Shown: piece by piece, positions 1 to 10,334 of the stretch | Layout: every line of letters begins with the position of its first letter | Numbering within the stretch: the first letter of the stretch is position 1 | Assembly: GCA_034670305.1 (NCBI GenBank) | Contig: JAXMNT010000002.1 | Coordinates: forward strand, 213,985 to 277,984 | Direction of reading: 5' to 3' | Length of the DNA: 64,000 nucleotides | Source of the DNA: Deltaproteobacteria bacterium | GTDB taxonomy: Bacteria; Myxococcota_A; Polyangia; Polyangiales; Houyiibacteriaceae | Translations under genes and position numbers: made by a program | The notes under the pieces: generated by a model | Seen by the model: the letters and a program-made list of their open reading frames with translations, nothing else | Told to the model about the DNA's origin: nothing | Database searches by the model: none

Positions 1-90
1 CACCGGGTCGTCGTGGATCTTCGCGGCGGGATCGAGGTCCGCCAGCAGCGCGTCGAGTCGAGACTTGAGCGCCCGGTCGCTCCGGTTCAT
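1..90 (-). CDS. Partial CDS (5' end), possibly TIGR02757/DUF2400-like protein
   Basis: Minus-strand frame from ATG at 90 reads [30 protein letters not shown] off the window edge; LDAL...DPV recalls the DUF2400 N-terminus; not in the ORF track. Confidence 0.45.
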   Translation of the reverse strand, partial: MNRSDRALKSRLDALLADLDPAAKIHDDPV

Positions 91-111
91 CTCGCTGCTA
101 TAGCGCACGCC

Positions 112-1407
112 GTGAGTCCCGGGTCCCACTTCCCACGCGCCCCCTCTGAACTCGTGCGTCGCACCGTCGCGGAACTCGTGCTCTGCATCGCGGTGGTCTG
201 CGGTGCTTCCGCCGCGCGCGCACAACCGGCGACCGAAGACGCCATCCGCGAACCATCCGGCCCCTACTGGCTCGACGTCGGGGCCCGAAGCGCGCGTCTG
301 CTCTACGAACACGGCGGAGACGCGCTCGACATCCAGAGCACCGCGGGCATCGTCGACGCCATCGCGCGGCCCGGCCCGGACGGTGGACGGCTGCACGAGA
401 TCCTGCTCGACGAACTGGAGCCCGGGCAGCGCTACGAGGTCACCCTCACCGGACCGGCGGGCGCGACGACGACCTCGATCCAGACTCCGCCGATCGGTGG
501 GGATCTGTCGCTGCTCGTCTACGGCGACGTGCGCACGAACCACGCAGTCCACCGGCGCGTGGTCCGGCAGATGGCGACCCACGAAGACGCGCACGCGGTG
601 CTGCACACCGGCGATTTCGTCGAGGTCGGCGGCCGGCCCGCCGACTGGCATACCTACTTCGAGATCGCCGCCCCCCTGCTCGAGACGCGGGCGCTCTTTC
701 CGTGCCTCGGCAACCACGAGATCTACGGGCCCGGAGGCCGCCGGCGGTTTCACCGCTACTTCATGCCGACCGCACAGACCGAGTACGCGGCGTGGACCTA
801 CGGACCGGTCCGAATCATCAGCGTCGACTCGAACGACGAGTTCGGCGAAGACAGCCACCAACTCGAATGGCTGCAGAACGAACTCGAATCTGCCCGCGAC
901 CACGAGGGGGTCCGGTTCGTGGTCGTGCTCCTCCACCACGGACCCATCTCGAGCGGTCGCCACGGAGACCACCGGCGGCTGCGCCCCCTCGGGGTCGTGG
1001 ACTGGTTGCGCGCGGCCAAGGTCGACCTCGTGATCAGTGGCCACGACCACATGTACGAGCGCGGGACCGAGGACGGGCTCAAGTACATCGTCACCGGTGG
1101 CGGGGGCGCGCCCCTTTACGACGTGAACCGTCACCACCCTGCCCAGCAAGCGTTCGCGATCCAGCACCACTTCTTGCGGCTCGACTTCGAAGGCGACGCC
1201 ATGCGCCTGACCACGATCGACGACGAGGGCGAGGACCTGGAGCGCTGCGAAGCGAACGGCCAAGCCGGACCCTGGCGGTGTGCCCTGGAGGTCGGCCGCG
1301 CCCAAGGCCAGCCGCCCCCGACCGGAATGCACTGGATCGTCTGGCTTGCGATCGGCCTCGTGCTCTTCGCCGCCGCCCTCTTCTGGCGCAGCCGACTCCG
1401 CCGGTAG
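112..1407 (+). CDS. Secreted, membrane-anchored metallophosphoesterase (purple acid phosphatase-like)
   Basis: Motifs YGD, HTGD, GNHE, HH, SGHDH; signal peptide; C-terminal TM helix plus RSRLRR; start GTG112 chosen. Confidence 0.85.
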   Translation: MSPGSHFPRAPSELVRRTVAELVLCIAVVCGASAARAQPATEDAIREPSGPYWLDVGARSARLLYEHGGDALDIQSTAGIVDAIARPGPDGGRLHEILLDELEPGQRYEVTLTGPAGATTTSIQTPPIGGDLSLLVYGDVRTNHAVHRRVVRQMATHEDAHAVLHTGDFVEVGGRPADWHTYFEIAAPLLETRALFPCLGNHEIYGPGGRRRFHRYFMPTAQTEYAAWTYGPVRIISVDSNDEFGEDSHQLEWLQNELESARDHEGVRFVVVLLHHGPISSGRHGDHRRLRPLGVVDWLRAAKVDLVISGHDHMYERGTEDGLKYIVTGGGGAPLYDVNRHHPAQQAFAIQHHFLRLDFEGDAMRLTTIDDEGEDLERCEANGQAGPWRCALEVGRAQGQPPPTGMHWIVWLAIGLVLFAAALFWRSRLRR

Positions 1408-1414
1408 AAGGTCG

Positions 1415-1686
1415 GGCTTCGGCGTCGGCATCGGCGTCGGCTTCGGCTTCGGCTTCGGCTTCGGCTTCGGGGTCGGCGTCGGCATCGGCGTCGGCTTCGG
1501 CGTCGGCTTCGGCATCGGCGTCGGCTTCGGCATCGGCTTCGGCTTCGGCTTCGGCTTCGGCTTCGGCTTCGGCATCGGCATCGGCATCGGCATCGGCATC
1601 GGCGTCGGCGTCGGCTTCGGCTTCGGCTTCGGCGTCGGAGGAACCACAGGCACGGGCACGGGCACGGGCACGGGCACGGGCATGGG
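1415..1686 (+). repeat. Composite hexamer repeat (TCGGCN)n + (GGGCAC)n
   Basis: Run of TCGGCT/TCGGCG/TCGGCA 1415-1638, spacer with GAACCA, then GGCACG repeats 1649-1686; intergenic. Confidence 0.9.
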
Positions 1687-1744
1687 CGGGCGGGGACCAT
1701 CATCTCCCAGAGCAGGCGTCGACGCGGGGTGCTACGGTCCGCGC

Positions 1745-2371
1745 GTGAGCGATTCGGAGCGAGACCTGACTGGGCGCTGCGGAACCTGTGGCTGGTTCAA
1801 ACGCATGGGCGAAGACGAGCGTGGGGCACACGGCGAGTGCAAACTCGGCATGGGGTTCCCGCCGCTGCGCGACACCGGCACCTGCCCCCGCCACAAAGCG
1901 ATCGGTGCTTCGTTCGCAGGTTCCCTCAAAGTCAAAGCCGTCGCCGGCACGCCCAAGCGGCACCGGCCGGACACCGAGACCGTTCAAGAGCGTCCGACCA
2001 TTCCCAAGGAGATAGGCATCGACATGGACCAAGACCAATTCCGTCAAGTGCTTCGGGAGGTGCTCCTCGACGAACTCGGCGTGCGCGACGTGCAGATGGG
2101 CGACCGCTGGGTAGACGGGGAGCTCGTGCTCAAGCCGGGCAAAGAAGGCACCGCAGACAAGTCGATCCCGCTCGATGTCTTCTTCCGCAAGATCGTGGGC
2201 GTCCGAGAGAAGCTCCGAGTGCTCGAGCAGAAGGTCAACGGCAACAAGTCGCTCGGCAGCGCGGAGAAGCTGCAACTGCAGCAGTACATCACCGCCTGCT
2301 ACGGCTCGCTGACTTCCTTCAACGTGCTCTTCAAGGACAAGAAGGATCATTTCGTCGGCCAGAAGAGCTGA
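1745..2371 (+). CDS. Hypothetical protein with Cys-rich (CxxC) N-terminal domain
   Basis: 3' part of ORF 1280..2371 from GTG1745; CGTC..C..C then helical domain (FFRKIVGVREKLRVLEQ...CYGSLTSFNVLF). Confidence 0.7.
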   Translation: MSDSERDLTGRCGTCGWFKRMGEDERGAHGECKLGMGFPPLRDTGTCPRHKAIGASFAGSLKVKAVAGTPKRHRPDTETVQERPTIPKEIGIDMDQDQFRQVLREVLLDELGVRDVQMGDRWVDGELVLKPGKEGTADKSIPLDVFFRKIVGVREKLRVLEQKVNGNKSLGSAEKLQLQQYITACYGSLTSFNVLFKDKKDHFVGQKS

Positions 2372-2372
2372 C

Positions 2373-2936
2373 GTGCGTTGGCCTGCGCGACTCGGTGGGC
2401 TGCTCCTGGTGCTCTCCGCCTGCGGAACGACGAACCAGGCGGTGGTGGGCCAGTCGACGGGCGGCCCTCCCGAGACGCCCATCGAGCTCGCGCTTCGCCG
2501 GCCTGCAGGCGACTGGATCCATGTCGGAGACCTGCGCGGGCGACCGGTGCTCCTGTTCGTCTTCGCGACCTACGACCCGGCCTGCCAGGCCGCGCTTCGA
2601 CCCCTCTCGCGCTTCGCGCGCCACCATCCGGACGTGCATGTGATCGGTGTCGCTGCACAGCCGGACGCAGAGTTGCTGGTGGACGCCTACGAGTCCGCGC
2701 TCACCCCCGGCTTCCCGCTCACCTACGACCCCGAGCACGACCTCCGGTACGGCACGAGCCCGCTCGGGCGCATCGCCGGCATCCCGCTCTTCATCATGCT
2801 GGACGCCTCCGGCTTCGAAGTCGGCCGCTACCACGGCTTCCCGAGCTCCCGCTCGCTCGACATGCTGCTCGAGCGCGCCCGCGCCCGCGGCGGAGAACAC
2901 GAGCCGGCCACGGACGTCCCGCTGCTCGCGGACTGA
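2373..2936 (+). CDS. TlpA/redoxin-like thioredoxin-fold lipoprotein
   Basis: Lipobox [23 protein letters not shown] (DxxC in place of CxxC); GIP cis-Pro region. Confidence 0.7.
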   Translation: MRWPARLGGLLLVLSACGTTNQAVVGQSTGGPPETPIELALRRPAGDWIHVGDLRGRPVLLFVFATYDPACQAALRPLSRFARHHPDVHVIGVAAQPDAELLVDAYESALTPGFPLTYDPEHDLRYGTSPLGRIAGIPLFIMLDASGFEVGRYHGFPSSRSLDMLLERARARGGEHEPATDVPLLAD

Positions 2937-2952
2937 GTCCGGGAGCCCCGTG

Positions 2953-3316
<364 letters not shown>

Positions 3317-3366
3317 ACGGGCCGCTTCCGCTTCGATGAATGCCGGGGCGGGGGTATGCTGCGCGC

Positions 3367-4251
3367 ATGTCGGTTCAAGTGTTCGTCGTCACCGGGCTGA
3401 GCGGCGCGGGCCGAAGCACCGCGCTGCATGTCCTCGAGGACGTGGGGTTCTACTGTTGCGACAACCTCCCGCCCGAACTCGCGCCCCGGCTCGTGGAGAT
3501 CGCCAAAGCCGGCGGACTCGAACAACTCGGCCTCGGCGTGGATGTGCGGACCGGTGAGTTTCTGAGCGGCGCAGACGGCGTCATCTCGACGCTGCGCTCC
3601 GAAGGCAACCAGGTCGAAGTGCTCTTCTTCGACTGCGCCGACCGGGTGCTGATCCGACGCTACAGCGAGAGCCGCCGGCCCCATCCGCTTGCGCCCGGAG
3701 GCGACCTGACCGCCGCGATCCGATCGGAACGCGCGCGCTTGTCGCCGCTGCGCGCCGACGCGGCGCACGTCTTCGACACCACCGAGATGAGCGTGCACGA
3801 TCTGAAGCGGGCGCTGCTCGATCACCTGGCCCGCGGGGGCGAAGCCCACACGATGGTCACACGCGTGCTCTCGTTCGGGTTCAAGTACGGTCTGCCCGCG
3901 GACGCGGACCTCGTCTTCGACCTCCGCTACCTGCCGAACCCGCACCATGTGCGTGCCCTGCGTCCGCAAACCGGCCTCGAAGAAGCGGTCTCCGAGTACG
4001 TGTTGCAGAACGAAGAAACCGAAGAGCTCCTTGGTGACCTCGAGCAGCTCTTCGCCCACACGCTCCCGAGGTACGAACGCGAAGGCAAGGCGTACCTCAC
4101 CATCGCGATCGGTTGCACCGGCGGGCGGCACCGCAGCGTGGCCGTCGCGGAAGAGCTCACCAAGCGGCTGCGGAAACACCGCGACGTCTCGATCTCCCAC
4201 CGAGACGTCGAACGGGCCGGACCACGACCCAAACCCGACCCGACTTCGTGA
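3367..4251 (+). CDS. rapZ: RNase adapter RapZ (YvcJ family P-loop protein)
   Basis: [41 protein letters not shown]. Confidence 0.95.
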   Translation: MSVQVFVVTGLSGAGRSTALHVLEDVGFYCCDNLPPELAPRLVEIAKAGGLEQLGLGVDVRTGEFLSGADGVISTLRSEGNQVEVLFFDCADRVLIRRYSESRRPHPLAPGGDLTAAIRSERARLSPLRADAAHVFDTTEMSVHDLKRALLDHLARGGEAHTMVTRVLSFGFKYGLPADADLVFDLRYLPNPHHVRALRPQTGLEEAVSEYVLQNEETEELLGDLEQLFAHTLPRYEREGKAYLTIAIGCTGGRHRSVAVAEELTKRLRKHRDVSISHRDVERAGPRPKPDPTS

Positions 4252-4520
4252 CCACCGAGCGCAGCTTCGAGATCGTCAACAAGCTTGGGCTGCACGCACG
4301 CGCCGCCGCCAAACTGGTCCGCTGCGCCGGTGGTTTTCAGAGCCACGTCGAGGTCGAGAAGGACGGACAACGCGCCGACGCCAAGAGCATCATGGGCGTG
4401 CTCTTGCTCTGCGGTGAGTGCGGCTCCCGGCTCACAGTGCGTGCCGAGGGTGAAGACGCCGAAGAAGCGGTGACGGCCATCGGAGCCCTCATCGCGGGCC
4501 GGTTCGGCGAAGACTCGTGA
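4248..4520 (+). CDS. ptsH: HPr phosphocarrier protein
   Basis: NKLGLHARAAAK (His15) and DAKSIMGVL (Ser46); GTGA overlap with rapZ stop. Confidence 0.95.
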   Translation: MTTERSFEIVNKLGLHARAAAKLVRCAGGFQSHVEVEKDGQRADAKSIMGVLLLCGECGSRLTVRAEGEDAEEAVTAIGALIAGRFGEDS

Positions 4521-6271
4521 CCGACGGCGACCTACCTGGGCCCATGCGGCTCGAAGCGCGCGGCATCGGTGCTTCGCCGGGCATCGCGGTCTCGACGTTG
4601 CACCTCGTGCCGCGGCCCGGACGCGCACGGCATCGCCGGGTTCGAGATCGAGCCAAAGAAGCCGAGCGGCTCCGCGGTGCGATCGACGCGAGCCGCGCCG
4701 AGATCGAAGACGCACGCGATGGGCTGACCGAAGAGATGGCGCTGGTGCTCGACGCGCAACTCTTGATGCACAGCGATGCCCTCCTGGTCGAAGCGGCCGT
4801 GCAGCACATCGTGACGGATGGGCTCGGCGCGGAGTGGGCCCTCGAACGTACCGTCGCCGCGCTCAAGAAGCCGCTGCTCGCCGCGTCGTCTCGCTACTTT
4901 CGAGAACGGGCGCACGACATCGAACACGTCGGCCAACACATTCTTCGACACCTGCGCGGCGACGAGCGCCTCATGTTGCCCGACGGGGCGCGGGTCTTGG
5001 TGGCGAACGATCTCGCCGCGACCGATGCGGTGCGGGTGCTCGGCGACGCGCGGGTGCTCGGTCTCGTCACCGAACTCGGCAGCGCCACGAGCCACACAGC
5101 GCTCTTGGCGCGCGCCTTCGGCGTGCCTGCCGTGGTCGGCGTGCAGGGGCTGGCGATGCGGGCGCTCGCACCCGGGACGCCCATCGTGGTGGATGGCCTC
5201 AGCGGCCGGGTCGTGGTCTGTCCCACCGCGGCGGAGTCCACCGACGCCACCGAGCGGTCGACGCGCTACCGGTCCTTTGCGAGCGCGCTCCGAGCCAAAG
5301 CGGACGAGCCGGTGCAGACCGTGGACGGCGCCGCGGTCACGCTGCTGGCCAACATCGAACTCCCGGCCGAAGCGTCCTCGGCCTCGGTGCGCGGGGCCGC
5401 TGGCGTCGGCCTCTACCGAACGGAGTACCTTTACGTCGAACGCGACGAGCCACCGGACGAGGAGACGCAGGTGGCGGTCTACCGCGAGGTCATCGAGGCG
5501 TGTGCCCCCGTCACCCTCCGGACGTTCGATCTGGGCGGCGACAAACTTCCTCGGCAACTTCGTTTTCCTCCCGGCGCCAACCCCGCGCTGGGCGTCCGCG
5601 CCACCCGGCTGTGGGCGCGCGAACCCGAACTCATGGAGACTCAGATCCGTGCCGTGCTGCGCGCCGCGAGCGCTGGTGAAGTGGAGCTGATGTTCCCGCT
5701 CGTCGAAGGCCCCGAACACATGCGCACGTTGCGGGACCGGGTGCGCGCCTGCGCCGAGGCGTTGCGCGCCGATGGGACCGAGGTGCCAGAGATCCCGCTC
5801 GGCGCGATGGTCGAACTGCCGAGCGCCGCGGTGATGGCGACCGCCCTGTGTGAGGTCGCGGACTTTCTCTCGGTCGGGACCAACGACCTCGTGCAGTACA
5901 CGCTCGGGGTCGACCGGACGAACCCGGAGGTCGCCCACCTCGCGGACCCGCTGCACCCCGCGGTCCTGCATCTGCTCTCGCAGACCGTGGAGGCCGCGGA
6001 TGCGAGCGGCACGCCGCTGACGATGTGCGGCGACATGGCGACGGATCTTGTCGCGTTGCCGGTCGCGCTCGGGCTCGGGTTCCGGTGCTTCTCGGTACCG
6101 GTCTCCATGCTGCCGTTTGTCCAGGAGCTCATCCGGCGTGTCGACTTGGCTGCGCTCACGGCACTGGGTGGGCAGGCGCTGCGGGAGACCTCGACCGCGG
6201 CGGTGCGGGCGCTCGTTCGGGAGGCGCTCGAGGGGACGTTGGGTGGACTGTGGGTGGAGCTGCAGGCGTGA
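4517..6271 (+). CDS. ptsI: PTS enzyme I (PEP-protein phosphotransferase)
   Basis: TSHTALLAR, GVGLYRTEYL, RTFDLGGDK, SVGTNDLVQY, MCGDMA. Confidence 0.95.
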   Translation: MTDGDLPGPMRLEARGIGASPGIAVSTLHLVPRPGRARHRRVRDRAKEAERLRGAIDASRAEIEDARDGLTEEMALVLDAQLLMHSDALLVEAAVQHIVTDGLGAEWALERTVAALKKPLLAASSRYFRERAHDIEHVGQHILRHLRGDERLMLPDGARVLVANDLAATDAVRVLGDARVLGLVTELGSATSHTALLARAFGVPAVVGVQGLAMRALAPGTPIVVDGLSGRVVVCPTAAESTDATERSTRYRSFASALRAKADEPVQTVDGAAVTLLANIELPAEASSASVRGAAGVGLYRTEYLYVERDEPPDEETQVAVYREVIEACAPVTLRTFDLGGDKLPRQLRFPPGANPALGVRATRLWAREPELMETQIRAVLRAASAGEVELMFPLVEGPEHMRTLRDRVRACAEALRADGTEVPEIPLGAMVELPSAAVMATALCEVADFLSVGTNDLVQYTLGVDRTNPEVAHLADPLHPAVLHLLSQTVEAADASGTPLTMCGDMATDLVALPVALGLGFRCFSVPVSMLPFVQELIRRVDLAALTALGGQALRETSTAAVRALVREALEGTLGGLWVELQA

Positions 6272-7332
6272 GTGCCACGCAGCGGTGGCTGCTGGGCGTG
6301 TGGGTCGCGGGGGCGTTGGCGGGGTGTGGTGGGGCTGCTTCGGAAGCGGTGGCCGCGCAGGCGGAAGCCGAAGCCGAAGCGGAAGCCGAAGCCGCAGTTG
6401 AAGGCGACTCCGAAGGCGACTCCGAAGCCGACTCCGAAGGCGACTCCGAAGCCGAAGCCGAAGCCGACTCCGAAGCCGACTCCGAAGCCGAAGCCGAAGC
6501 CGAAGCCGAAGCCGAAGCCGATGCCGATGCCGACTCCGAAGCCGACTCCGATGCCGACTCCGCCGAATCCGAAGCCGGTTCCGAATCCGGCTCCGCCCTC
6601 TCCTTCTCGCTTCGGGAGGTGCAGGTGGAGCGGGGGTCGCATCGGGTGCCGGGGGATGCACCGCATGCGGTGGTGATCGAAGCGGGGGCGCCTCGGTGGA
6701 TCGTGGTCTTCTTGCACGGGTGGAGTGGGTGCGTGCGGGTGTTGGCGCATCCGGGGTTCGTGACCTGTCGACCGTCGGATCCGTCGCGGGCGCGGCGGGC
6801 GGGGTGGGATCTGCGGGGCACGTTCGAGTCCGCCGGCGTGCCAGCCGTGTTCGTACTGGCGCAGCTCTCGTTCAACCGCCGGGAGGGGGGCGCGGGGCGG
6901 TTTCTCGAAGAGGGGTTTGCGCGCGACTACTTGGCGGCGCTCGGGCTGCCGGACGATCTCCCCATCGCACTGGTCGCCCACAGCGCGGGGTTCGAGACCG
7001 CGCTGGCGTGGATTCGACGAGGCGGGCTCGACGGGCGCATTCGCTCGATTGCGCTGATGGACGCGCTCTACGCGGGGACGGAACCGTTCGCCGATTGGGT
7101 CGCCGACGACGAGGCCCGGACGCTCGTCAGCTGGCACACCGGCCGGGGCAGCACCGCCCGGCAGAACGCCCGGCTCGTGGGGCTGCTCGCGGGACGATCG
7201 GTGGCGGTGTCCGAGACCCTCGGACCAAGCCGCGCCATGGTCGCCCTCACCGAGGCCCCGCATGGGGAGGTGCCGACCGAACACCTCGTCGAGTACCTGC
7301 AATGGCTCGACGCACGCCGGGAGGCGCGCTAA
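6268..7332 (+). CDS. Lipoprotein with acidic hexamer-repeat linker and alpha/beta-hydrolase-like domain
   Basis: GTGA overlap with ptsI; lipobox LAGC; (EA/DS)n linker; VFLHGW and AHSAG nucleophile-elbow motif. Confidence 0.7.
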   Translation: MSATQRWLLGVWVAGALAGCGGAASEAVAAQAEAEAEAEAEAAVEGDSEGDSEADSEGDSEAEAEADSEADSEAEAEAEAEAEADADADSEADSDADSAESEAGSESGSALSFSLREVQVERGSHRVPGDAPHAVVIEAGAPRWIVVFLHGWSGCVRVLAHPGFVTCRPSDPSRARRAGWDLRGTFESAGVPAVFVLAQLSFNRREGGAGRFLEEGFARDYLAALGLPDDLPIALVAHSAGFETALAWIRRGGLDGRIRSIALMDALYAGTEPFADWVADDEARTLVSWHTGRGSTARQNARLVGLLAGRSVAVSETLGPSRAMVALTEAPHGEVPTEHLVEYLQWLDARREAR

Positions 7333-7341
7333 ACGCCGGCC

Positions 7342-7800
7342 ATGCCGCGCCCCAACCTCACGCAACTCATCGAAGAGTCGCGGGTCAGGCTGCGCCTCGA
7401 GACGGCCGAGAAAAGCGACCTGCTTCGGGAGCTCGCGATGATCTTCGCACTGGACGACCCGCAGCTCGACCTGGACGCGATCACCGAGCGCCTGCTGGCG
7501 CGCGAAGCGCTCGGCACAACGGGGCTCGGAAGCGGCGTCGCCATCCCGCACGGCCGCATCCCGGGGCTCGATTCGTTTCGGATCGCTTTGGCGATCGAGC
7601 CCTCCGGCATCCCGTTCGACGCGGTCGACGGGGAACCGGTGTCGATCTTCGTCGCGATCCTCGCGCCTGCCAGTCAAGACGGCGCCCACCTGCGGCTCCT
7701 CGCCGAGGTCTCGCGGGTGCTTCGACCGAACTCGATGCGGGAAGCCCTGCTCGCAGCGAAGTCTCCAGCCGAAGTGGTCGCGCTCTTCGACCAGCACTAG
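7342..7800 (+). CDS. ptsN: PTS EIIA(Ntr)-like protein
   Basis: RE.LGTTGLGSGVAIPHGR, FDAVDGEPV, HLRLLA. Confidence 0.9.
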   Translation: MPRPNLTQLIEESRVRLRLETAEKSDLLRELAMIFALDDPQLDLDAITERLLAREALGTTGLGSGVAIPHGRIPGLDSFRIALAIEPSGIPFDAVDGEPVSIFVAILAPASQDGAHLRLLAEVSRVLRPNSMREALLAAKSPAEVVALFDQH

Positions 7801-7838
7801 CCCCTGAGCGCACTCAGCCGCTGCGGTACACTGGCGCC

Positions 7839-8804
7839 ATGCGCGACATTCCCTCGGCCCCGCCCAACGGACGCACCACCGCGCGGGGCCTGCTCAACGA
7901 GCCGACCATCGCACCGCTCGTGCGGCTCGTGTCGGGTGCCGACGCGCTCGACCGGGCCATCGATCACCCACGCATCCAGAAGTCGGGGCTGAGTCTGGCC
8001 GGGCACCTCCACGGCATCGTGCCGACCCGGGTGCAGATCCTCGGCGAGACGGAGATCAGTTTTCTCGAGAGCCTCGACGCCGACACCCGCCGGTCGAGAT
8101 GCCGCGGGCTCTTTGCACTGGAACTCTCGCTCGTGCTGGTGACCCGCGGGGTGGACCCACCGCTGGAGATGATCGAAGAGGCCCGCGCTCGGAACACGCC
8201 GCTCGGGGTGGCGTCTCCCCGGTCGAGCCGAACGATCGCGATCCTCCATTCGGTGCTCGATCGATTGCTCGCACCCACGGAGACCCGGCACGGCGTCCTC
8301 ATCGACGTACACGGCATCGGGGCGTTGCTCCTCGGACCGAGCGGCATCGGCAAAAGCGAGTGCGCGCTCTTCCTGGTGGAGCGCGGCCACCGGCTGGTGG
8401 CGGACGATCAAGTCGTGCTCACCCGATCTCCGTCCGACGAGATCCTGGGGAGCGCGCCGCCCCTGCTGCGCCACCACTTGGAACTTCGCGGCATCGGCAT
8501 CATCCAGGTGCGTGAGCTCTTCGGCGCCACGGCGGTGCGGGATGAGAAGGCCGTGAACTTGGTGGTCGAGCTGTGTCCGTTCGACCCAGCGCAGGAGTTC
8601 GACCGGCTCGGGCTCGACGACCTCGCGCACGACGTGCTCGGCGTGCCGCTCCCGATGTACCGTATCCCGGTTCAACCCGGCCGCAACATGGCCGTCATTC
8701 TCGAGGTCGCCGCGCGACAGCACATGCTGCGAAGCGCCGGACGTCATCCGGCGAAAGAACTGGTCGACCGGCTGCACGCCTCGCTCGGCGTCACGAAGAT
8801 GTAG
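7839..8804 (+). CDS. hprK: HPr kinase/phosphorylase
   Basis: HGVLIDVHGIG.LL.GPSGIGKSECAL.L..RGHRLVADD, LELRGIGII, PGRN. Confidence 0.95.
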   Translation: MRDIPSAPPNGRTTARGLLNEPTIAPLVRLVSGADALDRAIDHPRIQKSGLSLAGHLHGIVPTRVQILGETEISFLESLDADTRRSRCRGLFALELSLVLVTRGVDPPLEMIEEARARNTPLGVASPRSSRTIAILHSVLDRLLAPTETRHGVLIDVHGIGALLLGPSGIGKSECALFLVERGHRLVADDQVVLTRSPSDEILGSAPPLLRHHLELRGIGIIQVRELFGATAVRDEKAVNLVVELCPFDPAQEFDRLGLDDLAHDVLGVPLPMYRIPVQPGRNMAVILEVAARQHMLRSAGRHPAKELVDRLHASLGVTKM

Positions 8805-8838
8805 CGAACACCTCTCTGGTGTGCATCAGCAGCAAACG

Positions 8839-8855
8839 TTGGCACCGTCTGTGCT
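8839..8855 (+). promoter_or_regulatory. Putative sigma-54 (-24/-12) promoter
   Basis: TTGGCACCGTCTGTGCT: GG-N10-GC with TGGCAC core, 12 nt before ATG 8868. Confidence 0.5.
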
Positions 8856-8867
8856 GGATGGGGTGAC

Positions 8868-9899
8868 ATGGGATCCACTCGTGCCAACGTGCGCCAGCTC
8901 GTGCTCGCCCTCGCGGTCTTCGCGTCGGGCTGTTTTCGCACTCAATCCGAGACGAGCTGCGAGTGCTGTGGCACCACCGTCTCCATCTCGCCGGGCGAAT
9001 CCTGCTCGAGCGGGGTGTGCGATGGCCACTGCGGTTTCGTGCCCGATGCGGGCCCCGACGGCAGCGAGATGGTCTGTGATTGCTGCGGCACGAGCGTCAC
9101 CACGACCGGCGACTCGTGCTGGACCGGCGTCTGCGATCCGTACTGCGGCTTCGTTCCGGACGCGGGCGTGGACGTGGGCCCCGACGCGGGCGCCTGCGAA
9201 CCGCTGGCGCCGGAGATCACGGCGTTCGATCACATCCCCGCCCACACCGCGACCAGTGTGCAGGTCCGTAAGCCGGGGTGTTACTGCGCTGAGACGCTCC
9301 ACTGCGACGTCGCGCTCTCGGGCGGCCGGACGATCGACCTGACCACGACGATGTGTACGCCCGACCTGCTCTGCGACGGCTGCAACGAACTTCAGACCCT
9401 GTGCGACTTGCCACCGCTCGAGGAGGGCACGTGGACGGTCCGGGTCAACGGCCTCGTGGCCCACGAACTCACCGTCGTGCCAGAAGACATCCGGCCCGAA
9501 AGGGCCGACGTCTTCGTGACCCACGCCGACCGGGACCGGTGCGGCCTGCGCTGGCCGCCCGAAGACTACGTCCCGTACGGGGCCTGTGTGGATCCGGAGG
9601 TGCACGCCCGCGTGCCGTTCGCGATTCGGGTCTTCGACGAGTGCGCCAGCGAGGTCTGTGGCAACCGCATGGGCAGCTGCGAGGTCACCGTGTTCGACCG
9701 GGTCGTCCGAGTCCGGGCTCGGCGCACCTTCACCGAATGCGACATCGCCGCGTGTCCGCCCGTCTGCGAGCCGCGGACCGACGTGTGCTGGGTGCCCCCG
9801 CTGGCGAACGGTCGGTGGACGCTGCAGTTCGGGGACGTCTCGATGCCGTTCGAGGCGGTGGACGACCCCGCCCCAGCCGAGGCCTGCGGCCCGCCCTAG
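8868..9899 (+). CDS. Cys-rich lipoprotein with internal duplications
   Basis: Lipobox ASGC; two C.CCGT.V...C..GVCD..CGFVPDAG repeats; two larger domains ending PPL..G.WT. Confidence 0.75.
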   Translation: MGSTRANVRQLVLALAVFASGCFRTQSETSCECCGTTVSISPGESCSSGVCDGHCGFVPDAGPDGSEMVCDCCGTSVTTTGDSCWTGVCDPYCGFVPDAGVDVGPDAGACEPLAPEITAFDHIPAHTATSVQVRKPGCYCAETLHCDVALSGGRTIDLTTTMCTPDLLCDGCNELQTLCDLPPLEEGTWTVRVNGLVAHELTVVPEDIRPERADVFVTHADRDRCGLRWPPEDYVPYGACVDPEVHARVPFAIRVFDECASEVCGNRMGSCEVTVFDRVVRVRARRTFTECDIAACPPVCEPRTDVCWVPPLANGRWTLQFGDVSMPFEAVDDPAPAEACGPP

Positions 9900-9955
9900 T
9901 CATCCATGTTCGGGACGGTAGGGCCCGCGAGCTCGCCAAACGAGCCGCCTGCCAG

Positions 9956-10276
9956 TCAGCTCTCGATGGCGGGAGGCGGCGCGCCGCGCTTCCGGGTCGT
10001 CTGCAGCCCCTTCGCCTTGCGGACCTGACGATCGATCTTGTCGATGCAGAGGTCGAGCGACGCGTAGGTGTCGTCGGACTCCTCGCTCCCCTCGTAGTGC
10101 ATCCCGTCTGCGGACAGAGAGATGTGCACGCAGTGGAGGTGTCGCTCCATGGTGATTCGGACGTCGGCCGTGAGCGGTGCGCGCAAGTACTTCTGTAGAC
10201 GCCGAATCTTATCGGAGGCGTAGTTCTTGACGGCATCGGAAGGATCGACGTGGCGGAAGCTGAAGTTGATCTGCAT
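9956..10276 (-). CDS. hpf: Ribosome hibernation promoting factor (HPF/RaiA)
   Basis: MQINFSFRHVDPSDAVKNYA..K..RL.KY...D.YASLD; immediately downstream of rpoN. Confidence 0.9.
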   Translation of the reverse strand: MQINFSFRHVDPSDAVKNYASDKIRRLQKYLRAPLTADVRITMERHLHCVHISLSADGMHYEGSEESDDTYASLDLCIDKIDRQVRKAKGLQTTRKRGAPPPAIES

Positions 10277-10334
10277 CGGATCTCCTGGCGTTCTCAGCGC
10301 CTGATGGCCCGGCCGTCTGTACGAGGGTCGGGAT

